The translations under genes and the position numbers were made by a program. A stretch of DNA of 64,000 nucleotides. Source: Candidatus Poribacteria bacterium. GTDB lineage: Bacteria > Poribacteria > WGA-4E > PCPOR2b. The DNA lies in NCBI GenBank assembly GCA_965198175.1, contig OZ240245.1, positions 4,000,001 to 4,064,000 on the forward strand, read 5' to 3'. Of this stretch, positions 60,138 through 64,000 are shown in pieces (position 1 is the first letter of the stretch; each line of letters begins with the position of its first letter). The notes beneath the pieces were generated by a model that was given only the letters and a program-made list of their open reading frames with translations, searched no databases and had not been told where the DNA came from.

Positions 60138-63100
60138 ATGACAGGACTGAGTTCGTTTATCACCTTGAGTCTGTACGGCGCCATTGCCTTCGCACAAACA
60201 CCACAGCCTATTGACCCTATGGAACAGGAGGTCACCCAAGGCGCGTTGCGCATCAAAACCGAAGATGGAATCGTCGAATGTCCGCTGAAGCACACAGATG
60301 TCAAGGCGAGCATCTCCGGCTTCATTGCTCGCGTGACTGTGACCCAGACGTTCGACAATCCTTACGACGACAACATCGAGGCGGTTTACGTTTTCCCGCT
60401 GCCGCATACCGCCGCCGTGGACGATATGACAATGGTCATCGGTGACCGACGGATTGTCGGATTGATTAAGCGTCGGGATGAGGCGCGTGCCATCTATAAG
60501 CGAGCAATTGCGCAGGGAACGACGGCAAGCCTCCTTGAACAGGAGCGACCGAATATCTTCACACAGTCGGTCGGCAACATCAAACCGGGCAAGGAGATTC
60601 GCATCGAAATTTCCTACGTTGATGTTCTCAATTACGACATGGGCACCTATGAATTTCATTTCCCGATGGTGGTCGGTCCGCGCTATATCCCGGGTGCACC
60701 GATTTCCAAGAAACCGGAGTTGCCGAAAGAATTAAAGGGCAAGGTTGGCGAAGTAGAAGTAGAGGAACCAGCAGAAGGGGGAAACCCGTCCGGCACAGGT
60801 TGGTCGCCGGACACGACGCGCGTGCCGGACGCCTCGCGTATCACACCGCCGGCGCTCAAGCCGGGCTACCGCACAGGGCACGATATTAGTCTTTCGGTGT
60901 CGCTTGAGGCGGGTGTGCCGGTTGAAGACATCGAGATTGTCAATCACAAAGCAACGCTTAAGCGCATCGGAGCATCGGGTGCGGTGGTGGAGATTTCACC
61001 TGCGGATTCGATTCCAAACAGAGATTTTGTGATGAATTACGCCGTCGTCGGTGAAAAGCCGGAGATGGCGGTTTTGGCACACTCCAAAGGCACCGACCAA
61101 GGATATTTCATGCTCATGATTCAGCCTAAAATCGACGCTGAACTCGCCCAAGCTCCACCGCGCGAGCTTGTTTTTCTCGTTGACATTTCCGGTTCGATGA
61201 GCGGTGCGCCTACGGAGAAAGTAAAAGAGGCAATGCGCCACTTTTTCCGTCTCAGCAAGCCGAACGACACTGTGCAGGTCATCACCTTTTTCAACCACGC
61301 TGAGAAGCTGTTTGAAAGCCCGGTACCAACGACTCAAGACAATGTCAAACGCGCCCTGAACTTCACACAGCAGGTTCAAGCCGGTGGCGGAACGGAGATG
61401 CTCAAGGGAATCAAGATGGTGCTCAACGAGCCAGTGGACCCAGAACGGGCGCGCATTGTCGTGATGCTCACAGATGGCTACATCGGCAACGAGGCTGAGA
61501 TTATTGAAGAGGTCGGCAAGCACACCGGAGACCAGATTCGCTTTTGGGCAATCGGCATCGGTTCATCGCCCAACCGTCACTTGATTGATGGCGTGGCAAA
61601 ACAGGGCGGTGGAATGTCTGGCGTTATTGAACTCGATACGGACTCAAAGAAATTGGTCACTCAGATTGTCGAGCGCATTCATCGGGCTCAACTCGCGAAC
61701 ATCCAGGTTGATTGGAATGAATTACCCGTCTACGAAATCTTTCCGCGTCGAATACCGGAACTGTGGGCAGGAAGCCCGGTTATCCTGTTTGGACGCTATG
61801 CGGATGGCGGAAAGACACAGATTGAATTGTCAGGTGTCGCGGAGGGAAAACCGCTCTCTTATTCACTGGACGTAACGCTTCCACGCGCGCGGCCTGCACA
61901 CGGTGTTCTCTCCACGGTGTGGGCGCGCAAGAAGATTGAGGATATTTCAGCACAAATGTTCTATGCCGATACACCGGAAGTCATTGAAGAAATTACCCAG
62001 GTAGCGCTTACTTATCGGCTGATGAGCCAATACACCAGTTTCGTCGCCGTGGATGAAAGTGAGGTTCAACTCGTAAGTCAGCGGGCGGAACCGCCTCGAC
62101 AGGTTCTTGTGCCGGTACCGTTACCGGCTGGGGTTGAGTTCGATGGCGTCTTTGGCGGAAGTACCGTACTCGAAGAGGACGCAAGCTTTCCATTAATGCA
62201 ATCGTCCCGAATAATGAGTTATTCCGCACAACCCAGCCAGCGAAAAGCGGTGAAGCACGGTATCGCACGGCAGCGAAGGTCAACGCCATCCACTTTCCTT
62301 ACACCCACAACAGAAGCGCCATCGAGAGTTTCTATGATGAGATCCACCATTGGCGAAATAAGCGAATTTCGGAAAGATGTTCAAATCCGTTCGGCGCGGT
62401 TAAGTGATGCCTTGTATGACCAACCACGCTTCCGTAGCGAAAGTATTCAAGACTTTGGAAGTGCTCTTTTCGCCCAGTGGTCGATGCAAAGACGCGAAGA
62501 GGTACAAGAAGCATTGGCGGCGGCAGAAGAACTCAAGAAACGCGGCGAACTCGAAGCAGCAAGACTTCGGTATCAGCATGTGTTGGGATTGCTCTCAGGC
62601 ATTGACGATGAAAGGTCACTCGCCGCGACCAAGGTCATCTTCTCGATTACGGACGAGATTGGTCGAAAACGCGCCGAAACCCATCCGCGTTTGAACCGAA
62701 AACTTGACCTCGTTATTCGGAATCAATCGCTTAACGATGCGCTTCGCACCGTCGTCGAAGCAGGCGGATTTGAGCTTGACCTCGTAAGCGGCAGTCTCGA
62801 AGATGTTGTTGAGTTGCTGAATTTGCGGGAACTGCGGGTAACGTATCTCGACCTGCGCTATGCCACAGTGGTTCAGGGGCTGGATTGGCTGCTCGCGCCG
62901 TACCATCTAACATGGCAAATGAAAGACGCGGACACAATTACAGTTGGCACATCGCGACGTCTGCCGGCGCCCTCCGCGTGGGGATACGCAGTTGCTAATC
63001 TCGCGATTCCTTCAGAGGAAGAGTTTAAGAAGTTCAAGTCCGACGAGGACCTCGAAAACTCACTGACAGACTTCTTGAATGGGGTCAGAATTGTCATTGA

Positions 63101-64000
63101 CCAGAAGGAGGATTCGGGACTCAAGCCTGGCTCTGCGGTGTTAATCGATTCGGCGCGACTACTCGTCTACGGTGAGCCACACATCCACGCGAAATTAAAG
63201 GCGTTTTTGGATGCACTGCATGATGATCGACCCGACATCGTGAAGACCGCTGGGCGTAACCTATCGAGGAAAGAGCGTGCATCGCTGAAAGCCTTGCAGC
63301 AACTAACGGCGAAACGTTGGGAAGGGCGAGCTAAAGCTCGCAAAGACGCAGCGGCAGAACAAGCGCGTGAACACGTCGAAAAGGGCTTGGGTGATGCACC
63401 TTGGCAGTTGCTAGCCGAGGCGGTTCAGGGCAGCGTTGACCTTGAAGCACTCACCATGCTTCAAGTGGCTTGGGACAACCCGCACATCAGAGGGATAGAT
63501 CCACAACTCATGACCCGCGCCGCTTGGTGTATCGGGATGGCAGCGCGAGCTATTCCCAACGATGCTGAACTCACAACTCTTGCCGAAAAAGCCGTCTCAA
63601 CGGTGACGGCGACGAAAGTGCTGAAGCTAGAAGATGGAGATGATTCCGCCTATCTCACCGCTTTATACGCGGCGTTACTGCTTAAAGATAGCAACGCTCG
63701 CAACAGTCAGGTTGATGATGCGGTCAAGTCGCTAGTAATGGCGTACGAAAGCTCTGCGGATTGGACGATGCGCCTCATCGCCGAAGGCTGGCTTTCCGCT
63801 TCCCCAGAAGTCGATCGCAAGTTATCCAAGGCAATCGCAGCACATCAAATTGACGGCGACGACAGTGTTCTTCTCACTAGCCTGCTTGCGAAACGCCGCG
63901 GCGGTCAGTTATGGCAAATCTTCCGTGAGGAGATGCCATCTCTTGTTGGAAAACAGCCGTTGAATGGTCATGTCGTGGTTCTCGTCAATCGGCTGGAGGC
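60138..64000 (+). CDS. Large exported VIT + vWA domain protein with C-terminal secretin-N/STN-like region; 3'-partial
   Basis: My translation from ATG 60138 (GAGGTG RBS): signal peptide; PLKHTDVKASISGFIARVTVTQTFDNP..YVFPLP (VIT); VFLVDISGSMSG and MLTDG (vWA); LMSQYTSFVAVD. Absence from the ORF track is consistent with no stop codon before the window end. Confidence 0.9.
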   Translation, partial: MTGLSSFITLSLYGAIAFAQTPQPIDPMEQEVTQGALRIKTEDGIVECPLKHTDVKASISGFIARVTVTQTFDNPYDDNIEAVYVFPLPHTAAVDDMTMVIGDRRIVGLIKRRDEARAIYKRAIAQGTTASLLEQERPNIFTQSVGNIKPGKEIRIEISYVDVLNYDMGTYEFHFPMVVGPRYIPGAPISKKPELPKELKGKVGEVEVEEPAEGGNPSGTGWSPDTTRVPDASRITPPALKPGYRTGHDISLSVSLEAGVPVEDIEIVNHKATLKRIGASGAVVEISPADSIPNRDFVMNYAVVGEKPEMAVLAHSKGTDQGYFMLMIQPKIDAELAQAPPRELVFLVDISGSMSGAPTEKVKEAMRHFFRLSKPNDTVQVITFFNHAEKLFESPVPTTQDNVKRALNFTQQVQAGGGTEMLKGIKMVLNEPVDPERARIVVMLTDGYIGNEAEIIEEVGKHTGDQIRFWAIGIGSSPNRHLIDGVAKQGGGMSGVIELDTDSKKLVTQIVERIHRAQLANIQVDWNELPVYEIFPRRIPELWAGSPVILFGRYADGGKTQIELSGVAEGKPLSYSLDVTLPRARPAHGVLSTVWARKKIEDISAQMFYADTPEVIEEITQVALTYRLMSQYTSFVAVDESEVQLVSQRAEPPRQVLVPVPLPAGVEFDGVFGGSTVLEEDASFPLMQSSRIMSYSAQPSQRKAVKHGIARQRRSTPSTFLTPTTEAPSRVSMMRSTIGEISEFRKDVQIRSARLSDALYDQPRFRSESIQDFGSALFAQWSMQRREEVQEALAAAEELKKRGELEAARLRYQHVLGLLSGIDDERSLAATKVIFSITDEIGRKRAETHPRLNRKLDLVIRNQSLNDALRTVVEAGGFELDLVSGSLEDVVELLNLRELRVTYLDLRYATVVQGLDWLLAPYHLTWQMKDADTITVGTSRRLPAPSAWGYAVANLAIPSEEEFKKFKSDEDLENSLTDFLNGVRIVIDQKEDSGLKPGSAVLIDSARLLVYGEPHIHAKLKAFLDALHDDRPDIVKTAGRNLSRKERASLKALQQLTAKRWEGRAKARKDAAAEQAREHVEKGLGDAPWQLLAEAVQGSVDLEALTMLQVAWDNPHIRGIDPQLMTRAAWCIGMAARAIPNDAELTTLAEKAVSTVTATKVLKLEDGDDSAYLTALYAALLLKDSNARNSQVDDAVKSLVMAYESSADWTMRLIAEGWLSASPEVDRKLSKAIAAHQIDGDDSVLLTSLLAKRRGGQLWQIFREEMPSLVGKQPLNGHVVVLVNRLE

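Noticed and set aside
59990..63124. Many short ORFs in the track, on both strands
   Set aside because: They are shadows of the long unlisted plus-strand VIT-vWA ORF.

Overview
Bacterial chromosomal window, most likely from Candidatus Poribacteria. This is an inference from the LamG proteins ending in KLAVTWG, a secreted protein with an LLQNYPNPFNPETWIPY C-terminal domain, and several Gfo/Idh/MocA and enolase-superfamily enzymes. Housekeeping content includes ssrA (tmRNA) with smpB, rnpB, korAB with two CBS proteins, thiD and a thiE/tenI-like gene, pcm, ggt, GT9/GT1 glycosyltransferases, ABC transporter parts and a sigma54 response regulator. There are three accessory zones. (i) About 5.9-10.8 kb: a Type ISP/IIG-like RM gene plus decayed genes. 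(ii) About 21.5-32.2 kb: a defence-like island (DUF6680-like, HNH, ParB/Srx-like and a fused RM enzyme broken by a single TGA), followed by a 1.9 kb tandem duplication of a sigma54-promoter-driven LamG gene. The two LamG copies differ mainly in three hypervariable blocks, and one copy carries a 94-nt template-switch inversion. (iii) About 43.8-47.5 kb: a WG-repeat protein, an orphan membrane protein and a TA-flanked MITE-like element with nested palindromes. A VIT-vWA ORF of more than 1280 codons with a secretin-N-like extension starts at 60138 and runs off the window; the ORF track does not list it. No CRISPR array, rRNA, tRNA, integrase or transposase was seen. Family assignments are by motif recognition only; no database search was run.
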